DNA of 64,000 bases from assembly GCA_963696935.1 (NCBI GenBank), contig CAVOMB010000049.1:9867-73866 (forward strand), given 5' to 3'. Source of the DNA: an uncultured Thermoleophilia bacterium (lineage in GTDB: Bacteria > Actinomycetota > Thermoleophilia > UBA2241). The notes under the pieces are model-generated. The model did not search any database. It was not told the DNA's origin and was given only the letters and a program-made list of their open reading frames with translations. This document shows positions 50,256 to 60,302 of the stretch, in pieces (the first letter of the stretch is position 1; every line of letters begins with the position of its first letter). A program made the position numbers and the translations under genes.

Positions 50256-50723
50256 TCATTCGATGGAGTACGAGGAGACTTGCCCTAGCCCGTCCAGCCT
50301 GACGATGTCATTTCCGATTGCGAATGTATCAACTATGTGATCGTTCGCATTGATGAGCAACGTAATGTACTTGCCGTGCGCAATCTTCCCGTCGCCCTCC
50401 GGCGGTCCGAATCCGTTGTAATTGACGAACTCTGTAGTTGCCGTTACCACAACCAAGTACTCACTCTGGTCGCGCGAACCAGGCTGCTGGTCTATGACGC
50501 TCTCAGCGTCCGCGTAATTGGTGAGCACCCAAGACGCACTCTGCACTGTAGGATTCCCACACCGCTCAACCTCTCCCAGGACAATCGACTGTACCCAGTC
50601 CGGAGGCGTAGCCGCCGCCGCCGGACTACTGCCCGTCGAACCAAGAGCAATCACGGTTCCCACGACACCACTGGCGACGAAGAGTGCAACTCCAGCAAGT
50701 GCAATAAGCAACTTGTGTTTCAC
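50256..50723 (-). CDS. Secreted or membrane-anchored hypothetical protein (lower GC)
   Basis: GGAGG RBS, then VKHKLLIALAGVALF.. signal-like N-terminus. Confidence 0.65.
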   Translation of the reverse strand: MKHKLLIALAGVALFVASGVVGTVIALGSTGSSPAAAATPPDWVQSIVLGEVERCGNPTVQSASWVLTNYADAESVIDQQPGSRDQSEYLVVVTATTEFVNYNGFGPPEGDGKIAHGKYITLLINANDHIVDTFAIGNDIVRLDGLGQVSSYSIE

Positions 50724-50765
50724 GTAATCCTCCAAACCAAGCACGATGGTCTCCGTTGGCTACAT

Positions 50766-51505
50766 TCAATCATTGTAGTAACAATCGAGATGAATTCCGA
50801 CAGTGTTCCAAGTAGCGTGACCATGTCCATCTATCTTGTTCGTGAAGTCTCCGGAACCACCCCAACTACCTTGCCATGTACCATTGCGTGCCCAGTCGAG
50901 ATAGTAGTTGGTTACCGGTACAGTGGAGGTTCCGAGAGCACTATTAAGGTCTGTGCTCTCGATGCCACACTGCATCAAGCCTTGTTGGTCATCGTCGGGA
51001 TTTGGAGTGGATGTTCCCCGCTTGACTCCGTCAATGTAGACACCCCAACTCGTTGAACTAAGTGCCTTAACCCCTAGTCTGTAGGTAGAGCCAACCTGGA
51101 TGGAATCAGTCAACCTATGGTCAACTGCTGTGTAGCCAGGCCGCTGGTGTCTGCCCAATAGAAAGTCAGAATGTTGCTTTGATGAAATCCTCGTGTGTAT
51201 CCAATCTCCACAAAGTCGTCGAAATCATCCTGGTTATTCGTGGACATCCAAAGCGTGTCGTTGATATGGCCCCACAGGGGATACTCGTTCCAGCCTACAC
51301 AACTCCCGCTCTTGACCAAGACCGTGACATGAGCCGCAGTGGGGTTGGAGTGAAGGATCCTCTTGGCCGCGTAGTTGTGGGCCGATGCGGGAGGAGCGGC
51401 GAGAGCGGTCAGCGTAGATAGGGCGGCTAGAAGCAGGGCTCCGAGAAACAGTAACGGCCTGCGATTAGAATTGGCGAGTCGCAAGCAAGAGAGAAACAGC
51501 GTCAT
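50766..51505 (-). CDS. Secreted beta-rich hypothetical protein, frameshifted at ~51148
   Basis: Signal ..PPASA|HN; FVEIGY..FYWAD joins QRPGY..WGVYIDG..CGIES in the overlapping frame. Confidence 0.6.
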
Positions 51506-52105
51506 GATCGTACAGACTCCTTTCCGACGGCGCCCCTTGTGGGAAGCAGTCGCATCCGCGCCGCAACTTTCATCCGGGCTGCCGCATTCGCGACAAGACG
51601 AGACCCCCTTTCCCTGGCAATACGAGAAAGAGAGGAGAAGGCGCGAAGTAGCATACGATGGCGATGGGACTGGAACTCTGCTTCATGGGCCCCCTCTCGG
51701 CAATCAACCAAGACACGAAAGCACTCGGGAGACTAGCACCTACTGCTGCTATGTCAATAGGAGTGCGCAGGGCGTCGTCTCTCACGCGCAGCCGACATCG
51801 CTTCCTCCAAGTCCCTCCGCGAGCCGCACCCATTCCGAGAATCCGGCTCGCTTCTCGCCGTTCGCGGCTGCGTGACGGATAATTGCTCCCTCCAGTTCTC
51901 GAAGGCAACCCGGCCTTGCGTCTGAGGGCGCTGAAGTACTCGCAGAGTCACGTACCTGGGTCAGGATCTTGTGAGTCTTGCACAAGCATCTCATCTGACA
52001 GGCGGGGAATGTCCGAGTGGAATCCCCCGCACGACGTGGACATGCTCAGACGACTGACGCACACAAGCAGCCCATCACAGGGTTCCCTCAGTCTTCCAAG
52101 CGAAC

Positions 52106-52177
52106 GGGTAGGCGACCGGACAACGGAAGTTGGCCTGATGCAGGGGAAACGTTGTGATAGTGACAACGAGTTGGTGC
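52106..52177 (+). repeat. 72-bp direct repeat, copy 2, overlapping the tRNA-Glu 3' end
   Basis: Matches 46086-46157. Confidence 0.9.
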
Positions 52178-52247
52178 CCCCAACGGAATTCGAATCCGTG
52201 CTGCCGGCTTGAAAGGCCGGTGTCCTAGGCCGCTAGACGATGGGGGC
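52172..52247 (-). tRNA. tRNA-Glu (anticodon TTC), CCA encoded
   Basis: Reverse complement gcccccatcgtctagcggcctaggacaccggcctTTCaagccggcagcacggattcgaattccgttgggggcacca folds as a cloverleaf. Confidence 0.96.
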
Positions 52248-52266
52248 ACGAGGGTGCCGCCGGGGG

Positions 52267-52272
52267 ATTATA
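52267..52272 (-). promoter_or_regulatory. -10 box TATAAT upstream of tRNA-Glu
   Basis: Consensus hexamer ~20 nt upstream of the tRNA. Confidence 0.55.
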
Positions 52273-52727
52273 CAGGCACGGGAACGGGGAGGCTCCCGAA
52301 GGGGATCCGCGCCGTTCCCGTCATCCTTGCGCCGACCGGCCGGCGACCCGCTACGCCGTCGACCAGATCGCATCGCCGCGCCGTCTGTCAGAGGTGCTCG
52401 CGACTACCCGGCCTTCAATGCCAAGATCGGCGCCAAGGCGTGGTCGAGGGATTGGTGGGCGCCGGTCGGCACGCCCCGCGCGGGGACCTACACCGGCGCC
52501 ATGTACCAGAGGTTCGCGCACACCACCATGGACCTCATGACGGGCTACTACCCGGACCAGCACAAGCCGTTCATGATCCGCGCCGGAGTCACCGAGTCCC
52601 TGTTCTCGTTCACCGTCCAGTGACGGCAGTGGCGGTCTGAGCGAGCACCGGCGATCCGGCCGGGGCGGGCGGCGGCAGCGCCTCCCGCCCCGGCCCGTCG
52701 CCAGGCGCCGCAACGTGCCGGCCGGCG

Positions 52728-54108
52728 TCAGTTCGCCGGCGCCGTCTCGCGATAGGCCCGGGCGCGCTCGGCGCACTCCTCCGCGTGCTCGCCGGCGACC
52801 GCGGCGTCGCACGCCACCGGCGCCGGTCCTCGGGCGCGCAGCACGGTGTACAGGCCGGCTCCGGCGGCGCCGATCGTGAGGAGGGCGATGCACATGGCCT
52901 GCGGCCCCAGCACCGCCAGCACCAGCCCTCCCAGCAGGGGCGCGAGCGCGCTGCCGCCCCCGGTCCACACCAGGGTCCACGTGCCCATGTACCGTCCGCG
53001 GAGCTCGGGCGTGGCCATGTGCGAGACGGCTGCCGTCGCCAGCGGCGAGAAGAGCGCCATGGCCACCGAGAGCACGCCGACGGTCACCAGCAGCGGCCAG
53101 CCGAGCGGCACGAAGGCGGCGAGGCCCATGCCGAACCCATAGAGGAGACTGGCGATGGCCACCGCGTGCAGCGGGTCCATGCGGCGCACGGCATGGACCG
53201 CCGGGTACTGTGCCAGCACCATCACCAGGCCGATCACCGAGACCAGCAGGCCCCAGGACGCCTCGGGCAGGTGGAGGTAGTCGGTGAGGAGCACGGGATA
53301 CGTCGTGTAGGTCTGGCCGAAGATGAACAGCGGCAGCAGTGGAGATGAGGCAGAAGAGGACGAAGCGCCGGTCGCGGAGCACGCGGCCCCAGCCGCGCCC
53401 GGCGCGCGCCCGGCGCCGCTCGCGCGCGTGCAGGCGGCCGGACCGCGTGAACAGGCTGAGCGCCCCGAAGGGCATGGGACCCTCGCTGATCTCGTTCTCC
53501 GGCCGCCGCCGCGTGCGGTGCGGGTGCGTCTCCTTGAGCACCAGCACCACGAAGACCAGGTAGAGCAGGCAGCCGGCGCCGGCGACGAGGAACAGGGCGG
53601 CGAGCGGCGCGCCCAGCGCCAGGACGACCGCCGCCAGCGCCGGCCCGATCACGTAGCCGGCGCCGATCATCAGTCTCACGAGGCCGTAGCCCTCGGCGCG
53701 CAGGTGCGGGCGCAGCAGGTCGGCGGTCATGGCGTTGCTCGCCGTCAGGTACAGCGGCCAGCCGATGCCGCGGTCCACCGCCATCAGGATGCAGATCGGC
53801 CAGAAGCCGTGGACGAACGCGAGGCCGCCGTAGGCGACCGCCTCGCACAGCGCGCAGCCCATCATGACGGCGCGCCGGCCGTACCGGTCGCTGAGGCTGC
53901 CGGCGAAGGGCTGGAGCGGCAGTCCCACCAGAGCGCTGCCGCCCATGATCAGCCCGATGACGGCGGTCGAGACTCCCAGGCGCCGCTGCAGCAGCAGCGG
54001 GGTGTAGGGGAACGCGAAACTGATCGCGATGAGGTAGAGGAGGGTGCCGCCGACCAGCAGCCAGAAGCGGCGGGGGAACACCCGCAGCCGGCGGACCAGC
54101 GGCTGCAC
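52728..54108 (-). CDS. MFS transporter, split by a 1-base insertion at ~53340
   Basis: Motif A GSLSDRYGRR; CLIS-(A)-LLPLFIFGQTY junction; second half with LRGRYMG. Confidence 0.85.
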
Positions 54109-54299
54109 CTGCGATTGACGGACCAGATACTGCAAGACGACTCTGCCTGAACCTACCCCGTCGGTGCGCCATCCGTACCCGGGTCGTTGACGTGTCCAGC
54201 GAGCTGGACGAAGAGTCCTTCGACGCCTCGCATGAGGCCCAGCGGTCGCGAACGGGTACTAGCTCACTGCGAGCCACTCACCACAGTCGGGAGAACACC

Positions 54300-56291
54300 A
54301 TGAGCGAACCCCTGCGCGCGATCGACCCCGCGCTCTTCGACCCCAGCACAGACGCGTCCGACGACTTCTACCGGTACGTCAACGGGGGCTGGCTGGACGC
54401 CAACCCCGTCCCGCCGGAGTACGGCTCTTGGGACGCGGGGCAGATCGTCCACGCGCGTAACCAGGACGTGCTGCACCAGTTACTTGAGGACGCGGCGGCC
54501 CGCGGCGACCCGCGCGGATCCGCGGGTCAGATGGTCGGCGACTACTTCGCGGCGGCGATGGACGAGGCGTCGATCGCCGCCGCCGGAGCCGCGCCGCTCG
54601 AGCCGCTCCTGGCGCGCATCGCCGCCGCTACGTCCGTGGCCGACGTCCGCGACGTCGTGCGCGACCTGCAGCCGCGAGGCCCGGCTCCGCTGCACTCCCT
54701 GGGCATCGAGGCGGACTTCGGGGACTCGGACGCCTACCTCGTCTACGTCGGCCAGGGCGGGCTGGGCCTGCCCGAGCGCGACTACTACACGCGCGAAGGC
54801 GAGGCGTCGGCGGAGCTTCGCCGGAAGTACGTCGCCCACGTCGCCCGGCAGCTCGGCAACCTCGGAGACACCGCGGAACGGGCGCAGGAGGTCGCCGAGC
54901 GCATCCTCGCCTTCGAGACCCGTTTGGCCGAGGCGTCGTACACCGCCGAGCAGATGCGCGACGTGCAGCTCACCATGAACCGGTTCGACGTCGCCGAGCT
55001 CGACGAGCTCATGCCGGCCTTCGGCCTGAGCGCCTACGTCGCGGACCTCGGCGTCACGTCGGCGACGGTCAGCGTGGACAACCCCGGCTTCTTCCGCGCA
55101 CTGGATGCGATCCTCGCCGACACTCCGATCGAGACCCTGCGGGACTACCTCCGCTGGCACCTGGTCAGGACCTTCGCGTCCGCCCTCTCGCCCGCGTTCG
55201 AGCTGGAGGCGTTCGACTTCTACGGCCGGACGCTCGGCGGCCAGAAGGAGATGCAGCCGCGCTGGAAGCGCGTGCTCAACGTCGCCTCCGCCGACATCGG
55301 CGAGCTGGTCGCGCAGCTCTACGTCGACGCGGCGTTCTCCGCACAGGCCAAGAAGCGCTGCGAGGAGATGGTGGACCACCTGCTGACGGCGATGGGGCGC
55401 GCGATCCGGAGCGCCGAGTGGATGACCGACGCCACCCGGGAGGAGGCCTTGCGCAAGCTCGAGGGCTTCAACTACAAGATCGGCTTCCCCGACGAGTGGC
55501 GCGACTACACCGGCCTCGTCGTCGAACGCTGGTCCTACGTCGAGAACCGCATGCGCTGCAACGCGTTCGAGTCCGCGCGGCAGATGGGCCGGCTGGGCGA
55601 GCCCGTGGACAAGGGTGAGTGGGCGATGCCGGCCCACGTGGTGAACGCCTACTACCACCCGCTGCTCAACGAGATCGTCTTCCCGGCCGGCATCCTGCAG
55701 CCGCCGTTCTTCTACGCGGACGCCGACGACGCCGTGAACTACGGCGCTATCGGCGCGGTCATCGGGCACGAGGTCACGCACGGGTTCGACGACCAGGGCA
55801 GCCATTTCGACGCGCACGGCCGGCTGCGCGACTGGTGGACCGAGGAGGACCGCGCCGAGTTCATGCGTCGTGCCCAGGTGCTCGTCGACCAGTTCGACGC
55901 CTACGAGGTCCTGGACGGCCTGAGGGTGAACGGCCACCTCACGCTGGGCGAGAACATCGCCGACCTCGGCGGCCTGAAGATCGCCCACGACGCGCTGCTC
56001 GACGCGCTCGCCGGTGCCCCGGCTCCGGGCGTCGACGGCGCGAGTATCGGTGCCGCGACCATCGACGGCCTCACCCCCGAGCAGCGGTTCTTCCTCTCGT
56101 GGGCGACCGTGTGGCGCACGAGCTACACGGACGAGTACCTGCACCTGATCGTCAAGACGGACCCGCACTCGCCCGCGCGGGCGCGCGTGAACAACCCGGT
56201 GTCGAACCTGCCGGCGTTCGCGGCCGCGTTCGGGATCGACGGATCTTCGCCCATGGCTCGCGACGAGGAGACGCGCGCCAACATCTGGTGA
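54300..56291 (+). CDS. M13 family zinc metallopeptidase (PepO/neprilysin-like)
   Basis: DDFYRYVNG, VNAYY, GHEVTHGFD, GENIAD, DPHSP. Confidence 0.95.
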   Translation: MSEPLRAIDPALFDPSTDASDDFYRYVNGGWLDANPVPPEYGSWDAGQIVHARNQDVLHQLLEDAAARGDPRGSAGQMVGDYFAAAMDEASIAAAGAAPLEPLLARIAAATSVADVRDVVRDLQPRGPAPLHSLGIEADFGDSDAYLVYVGQGGLGLPERDYYTREGEASAELRRKYVAHVARQLGNLGDTAERAQEVAERILAFETRLAEASYTAEQMRDVQLTMNRFDVAELDELMPAFGLSAYVADLGVTSATVSVDNPGFFRALDAILADTPIETLRDYLRWHLVRTFASALSPAFELEAFDFYGRTLGGQKEMQPRWKRVLNVASADIGELVAQLYVDAAFSAQAKKRCEEMVDHLLTAMGRAIRSAEWMTDATREEALRKLEGFNYKIGFPDEWRDYTGLVVERWSYVENRMRCNAFESARQMGRLGEPVDKGEWAMPAHVVNAYYHPLLNEIVFPAGILQPPFFYADADDAVNYGAIGAVIGHEVTHGFDDQGSHFDAHGRLRDWWTEEDRAEFMRRAQVLVDQFDAYEVLDGLRVNGHLTLGENIADLGGLKIAHDALLDALAGAPAPGVDGASIGAATIDGLTPEQRFFLSWATVWRTSYTDEYLHLIVKTDPHSPARARVNNPVSNLPAFAAAFGIDGSSPMARDEETRANIW

Positions 56292-56298
56292 CGCGAGC

Positions 56299-56515
56299 TC
56301 AGTCGGGGCGGGCCGCCGCCGCGGCGTCGAAGAGCTTCTGCGCGATGTGGCAGTAACCGCCGGGGTTCTTCTCGAGGTAGTCCTGGTGGTAGTCCTCGGC
56401 GGCCGTGTAGCCCTTCTGCAGTCGCGCCGGCGACCTGTCGATCACGGCCTTGTCGGCGGGGTCAGTGTAGTAGATGCCGGTGCGGTACTCGGTACCGTAG
56501 TCGTTGCCCCGCCGG
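56299..56515 (-). pseudogene. msrA: C-terminal remnant of methionine sulfoxide reductase MsrA
   Basis: [33 protein letters not shown]; catalytic GCFWG region absent. Confidence 0.8.
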
Positions 56516-56601
56516 CCACGTAGATCGTCTTGACGTCCTTGTGGGCCGCGACTGACGGCGACGTCCTCGCCGCCAGGCCAGTCCACATCGTGGACGGCGG
56601 C

Positions 56602-57012
56602 TTACTCCCAGGGGTTCTTCTGGGTGACGTCGTCCCGTTCTTCGAGCTCGTGGAGCTCCTGCTCGAGCGCCTTCTTGTGGACCAGGAGCATCGCCCGACG
56701 CGCCTTGCGGTCTTCGGGCGTCAGCTCTTCCTCCTCGTTGTCGAGCACGGCCTCGATCTGCCCGAGCTGCGTGCGGATGCGGTACATCTCGTAGCGCGAC
56801 TGGCCGACGTCGTCGTCGGGGTCGACCAGGTTGAACGCCAGGTGGAACGAGGACTCCGCAGGGTCGTGCCCGACCGCCACCAGCGCGGCCTGAATGCTCC
56901 CGATCACTTTGCCGAGCTCCAGTTCGATGGACACCGGATCCTCGTGGTAGGCGTCGACGCTGAGTGTGATGGTCTCGATCTTCAAAGGATGCTCCCGGGG
57001 TCGCGGAGCCAA
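56602..57012 (-). CDS. Hypothetical acidic/coiled-coil protein
   Basis: Open frame with high-GC3 codons; start uncertain (possibly TTG near 56985). Confidence 0.55.
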   Translation of the reverse strand: MAPRPREHPLKIETITLSVDAYHEDPVSIELELGKVIGSIQAALVAVGHDPAESSFHLAFNLVDPDDDVGQSRYEMYRIRTQLGQIEAVLDNEEEELTPEDRKARRAMLLVHKKALEQELHELEERDDVTQKNPWE

Positions 57013-57022
57013 AGGGCGTGAG

Positions 57023-57098
57023 TGGTGGGCCGCACAGGGATCGAACCTGTGACCTTGGGATTAAAAGTCCCCTGCTCTACCAACTGAGCTAGCGGCCC
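57023..57098 (-). tRNA. tRNA-Lys (anticodon TTT), CCA encoded
   Basis: Reverse complement gggccgctagctcagttggtagagcaggggactTTTaatcccaaggtcacaggttcgatccctgtgcggcccacca; TGG-TACAAT extended -10 upstream. Confidence 0.96.
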
Positions 57099-57347
57099 GC
57101 GGTGAGCGATTGTACCACCGGCGCTTCGCCCACTCTGGGCTCGCCGGGCCGGCCGTGCGGGCCGGTCGTGCGGGCGGCCGGCGCGGCGCGTCGGCTGACC
57201 CCGGCGCCCAGAAGTACGCGTGCGCTCCCCGCTGAAACGGTCGAGCCCGCGTCGATACGTTGTCGGATCTGACGGCCGCTGCGGCCGTGAATGTCGATAC
57301 GCGGGCTCGACGCGAGCAGAGGACGTGCACGGCGCCGCGGCCGTGGG

Positions 57348-58544
57348 TCAGGAGGGCGCCGGGTCAGTCCGCAGCCGCGCGAACCGGACCTGGTCGTCGC
57401 GCGGCGGCGTCCCGTCGGGAAGAGGCATGATTCGGCCGTCCCGGCTCTTGCCGGGCTCGACCTCGAGGAAGCCGCGAAGCAGGCCCTCGCGCGCGAACCC
57501 GAGCCGGGCGGCGAGCGCCTGTGAGACGTGGTTGCCCGGGTACGTGAGCAGTTCGAGGCGCTCGACGCCGACCTCGCCGAAGGCCCAGTCGGCGATCAGG
57601 CGCGCCGCTCCGAGGGCCACGCCCCGGCGGCGCGCCTCGCGCTTGACCCAGTAGCCGATCTCGGCGGCCTCGCGGCCGGCGAAGAGGTCGAGGCTGGCGC
57701 TGCCGAGCAACTCGCCGGAGGCGGCGTCGGTGACGGCGAGCCGTGCGCGCTCGTTGCGCAGCAGCCGGTCGCGCGCGTCCGCGATGAACCACTGAGCGTC
57801 GGCGAGCGTGTAGGGCGTCGGCAGACCGTAGATCCAGTGCGCGACGTCCGGGTCGTCGCAGGCGGCCTGTACGGCCGGCGCGTCCTCCGGCTCGAAGGGG
57901 CGGAGCAGGAGCCGGCCGTCGGTCAGACGCGGCCAGCCCAAGGACGGGGCCCCGGGAGCGGCTGCACCGGCGCCGTCCCGCCACGGCCGCGGGTCGCTCG
58001 GCAGCAGCGCGTAGAGGGCGTCGTCCACGCGCTCGTCCTGCACCGTCAGGGCGCCGCGCAGGACGCCCTCGAACCGGTAACCGGCCGCGGCCGCCGTCCG
58101 CCGCGACGGGACGTTGCGTACGTCGGCGCGGATCTCGATGCGGCCCAGGCCGAGGTCGTCGAAGCCCCAGTCGGTGAGCGCGGCGACGCAGGTGGTGGCC
58201 ACTCCGCGACCGCGCCACTCACGGCCGACGAGGTAGCCGATCTCGCCGCGCTCGTGCTCCGGCTCGAGACGGAGGCCGAAGGACGCGGCCAGCCGGCCCG
58301 TCTCCGCGTCCTCGACGGCGAAGTTGGCCCACCGCTGCTCGCGCCACTTGCGCTCGGCGTCGCCGACCCACTCCTCGCCGTCGGCGAGCGTGTAGGGGTC
58401 CGGCATCGCCGGGAGCCAGCGGAGCACCTCCGCTTCATCGCACATCGCCGCCACATCCGCGGCGTCGTCGGCGCGCCACGGGCGGAGCGTCAGGCCGGCG
58501 CGCGTCAGGGTCGGGAGCTGCTCGATCTCGGTGAGGTCACGCAT
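57348..58544 (-). CDS. Tandem two-domain RimL/RimJ-type GNAT acetyltransferase
   Basis: Two repeats of LRP..DA..PYTLAD..EIGY..RGRGVA..N..S..G..EG.LRG. Confidence 0.88.
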   Translation of the reverse strand: MRDLTEIEQLPTLTRAGLTLRPWRADDAADVAAMCDEAEVLRWLPAMPDPYTLADGEEWVGDAERKWREQRWANFAVEDAETGRLAASFGLRLEPEHERGEIGYLVGREWRGRGVATTCVAALTDWGFDDLGLGRIEIRADVRNVPSRRTAAAAGYRFEGVLRGALTVQDERVDDALYALLPSDPRPWRDGAGAAAPGAPSLGWPRLTDGRLLLRPFEPEDAPAVQAACDDPDVAHWIYGLPTPYTLADAQWFIADARDRLLRNERARLAVTDAASGELLGSASLDLFAGREAAEIGYWVKREARRRGVALGAARLIADWAFGEVGVERLELLTYPGNHVSQALAARLGFAREGLLRGFLEVEPGKSRDGRIMPLPDGTPPRDDQVRFARLRTDPAPS

Positions 58545-58619
58545 CGCTGGTCTCCTCAAAACGAAGAGGAGCGGGGCGACCCTGCCGGCTTCCCCGCCCC
58601 TCGCCGGCTTCGGCTCTTG

Positions 58620-60158
58620 TCAGTGCAGGAAGTGGCGCCGCCCCGTGAACACCATGGCGGCGTCGCGCCTGTCGCAGGCCTCCACGGCGGCCTCGTCACC
58701 CTTGGAGCCGCCGGGCTGCATGAACGCCGTGATGCCGTTGTCGATGGCCAGGTCCACGGCGTCCGGGAACGGGAAGAACGCGTCCGACCCGATCACCGCC
58801 CGGCTGAGGTCGCCGCGCGCCTTGTCGATGGCGATGCGCGTGCTGTCCACACGGCTCATCTGGCCGGCGCCCACGCCCACCGTCGCCAGGTTCTTCGCGA
58901 TGACGATGGCGTTGCTCTTGACGTGCTTGGCGACGCGGAAGGCGAAGATGAGGTCGCCCCACTCCTGCTCGCTCGGGTGACGCTGGGTGGCCACCGTCAT
59001 CTCGTCGCGCTCCTCGACGTCGCCGTCCTTGTCCTGGACGAGGATGCCGCCGATGACGCGCTTGTAGTCGAACTCGCCGGGGTTGGCCTGGCGCCGCTCG
59101 TCGTTGCGCAGGATGCGGATGTCGGCCTTGCGCTGGAGCGTCTCCAGGGCCGCCGGCTCATAGGCCGGCGCGAACAGCACCTCGACGAACAGCTCGGAGA
59201 GACGCTCGGCCAGCGGCACGTCCACGGTGCGGTTGACCGCGATGACGCTTCCGAACGCGCTGACCGGGTCGCACGCGAACGCCTTGTCGTAGGCGGCTGC
59301 GAGGTTCTCGGCGAGCGCGCAGCCGCACGGGTTGTTGTGCTTGATGATCGTCACGCACGGCAGCGTGAACTCGTCGCAGATGGCGCGTGCCGCGTTGAGG
59401 TCGTAGAGGTTGTTGAAGCCGAGCTGCTTGCCGTGCAGCTGCGTGACCTGCGAGAGCAGGTGCTGGCGCAGGCCCACCTCGGCGTAGTACGCGGCGCGCT
59501 GGTGCGGGTTCTCGCCGTACTTGAGCTCGAGGACCTTCTCGTAGTCGCGCATGACGTGATCGGGGAAGTCGCCGTCGACCTCGCTGAACCAGTTGGCGAT
59601 GACGAAGTCGTAGTGCGCGGTGCGGTGGAACGCGCGGGTGGCGAGCTCGCGCAGCGTCTCGTAGCTGATCTCGCCGGTCTCCTTGAGCTCGTCGAGGATC
59701 TCGTCGTAGTCGTCGTGGCTGGTGACCACGGCGACGCCCGCGTGGTTCTTGGCGGCGGCGCGGATCATGCTCGGCCCGCCGATGTCGATGTTCTCGATGA
59801 CCACCTGGTCCTCGACGCCGCGCCGCCCGGCGACCTCCTCGAACGGGTAGAGGCTGCAGACGACCATGTCGATGGGCTCGATGCCGTGCTCGGCGATGGT
59901 CTGCATGTGTTCGGGCACGTCGCGGCGGGCCAGCACGCCGGCCATGAGCCGTGGGTGCATGGTCTTGACGCGGCCGTCGAGCATCTCCGGGAAGCCGGTG
60001 ACCTCTTCGACCAGCGTGACGGGGATGCCCGAGTCGTTGAGAAGCCGCGCCGTGCCGCCGGTGGAGATGACGGTGACCCCCATGTCGGTCAGGGCCTTGG
60101 CGAACGACTCGACGCCACTCTTGTTGAAGACGGAGATAAGTGCCCGCTTGACCTTCAC
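58620..60158 (-). CDS. purH: Bifunctional AICAR transformylase / IMP cyclohydrolase
   Basis: RALISV, STGGT, GRVKTMHP, YGENPHQ, KHNNPCG, SDAFFPF, RHFLH. Confidence 0.97.
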   Translation of the reverse strand: MKVKRALISVFNKSGVESFAKALTDMGVTVISTGGTARLLNDSGIPVTLVEEVTGFPEMLDGRVKTMHPRLMAGVLARRDVPEHMQTIAEHGIEPIDMVVCSLYPFEEVAGRRGVEDQVVIENIDIGGPSMIRAAAKNHAGVAVVTSHDDYDEILDELKETGEISYETLRELATRAFHRTAHYDFVIANWFSEVDGDFPDHVMRDYEKVLELKYGENPHQRAAYYAEVGLRQHLLSQVTQLHGKQLGFNNLYDLNAARAICDEFTLPCVTIIKHNNPCGCALAENLAAAYDKAFACDPVSAFGSVIAVNRTVDVPLAERLSELFVEVLFAPAYEPAALETLQRKADIRILRNDERRQANPGEFDYKRVIGGILVQDKDGDVEERDEMTVATQRHPSEQEWGDLIFAFRVAKHVKSNAIVIAKNLATVGVGAGQMSRVDSTRIAIDKARGDLSRAVIGSDAFFPFPDAVDLAIDNGITAFMQPGGSKGDEAAVEACDRRDAAMVFTGRRHFLH

Positions 60159-60302
60159 GTTCCAGCTCCTTCGGATGACCTGCCCCAGGACGGCGCGGCG
60201 GACCTCCGCGCCGCTTGCCTTGCCTGGCACAAGCCTACAAGAAAGCCTGCGCGGGAGGAATGGCTCCGAGGGAACTGAGTGGGCCGGGAGTGGAGGCGGC
60301 GG

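Noticed and set aside
51883-52212. ORF reading into the tRNA-Glu antisense strand
   Set aside because: Not credible as a full gene; only its last ~35 codons relate to the direct repeat and att junction.
60165-60290. ZMP/ZTP riboswitch upstream of purH
   Set aside because: Only a loose cctggggca similarity and one hairpin; the 5' GACTGGCG core is not visible.
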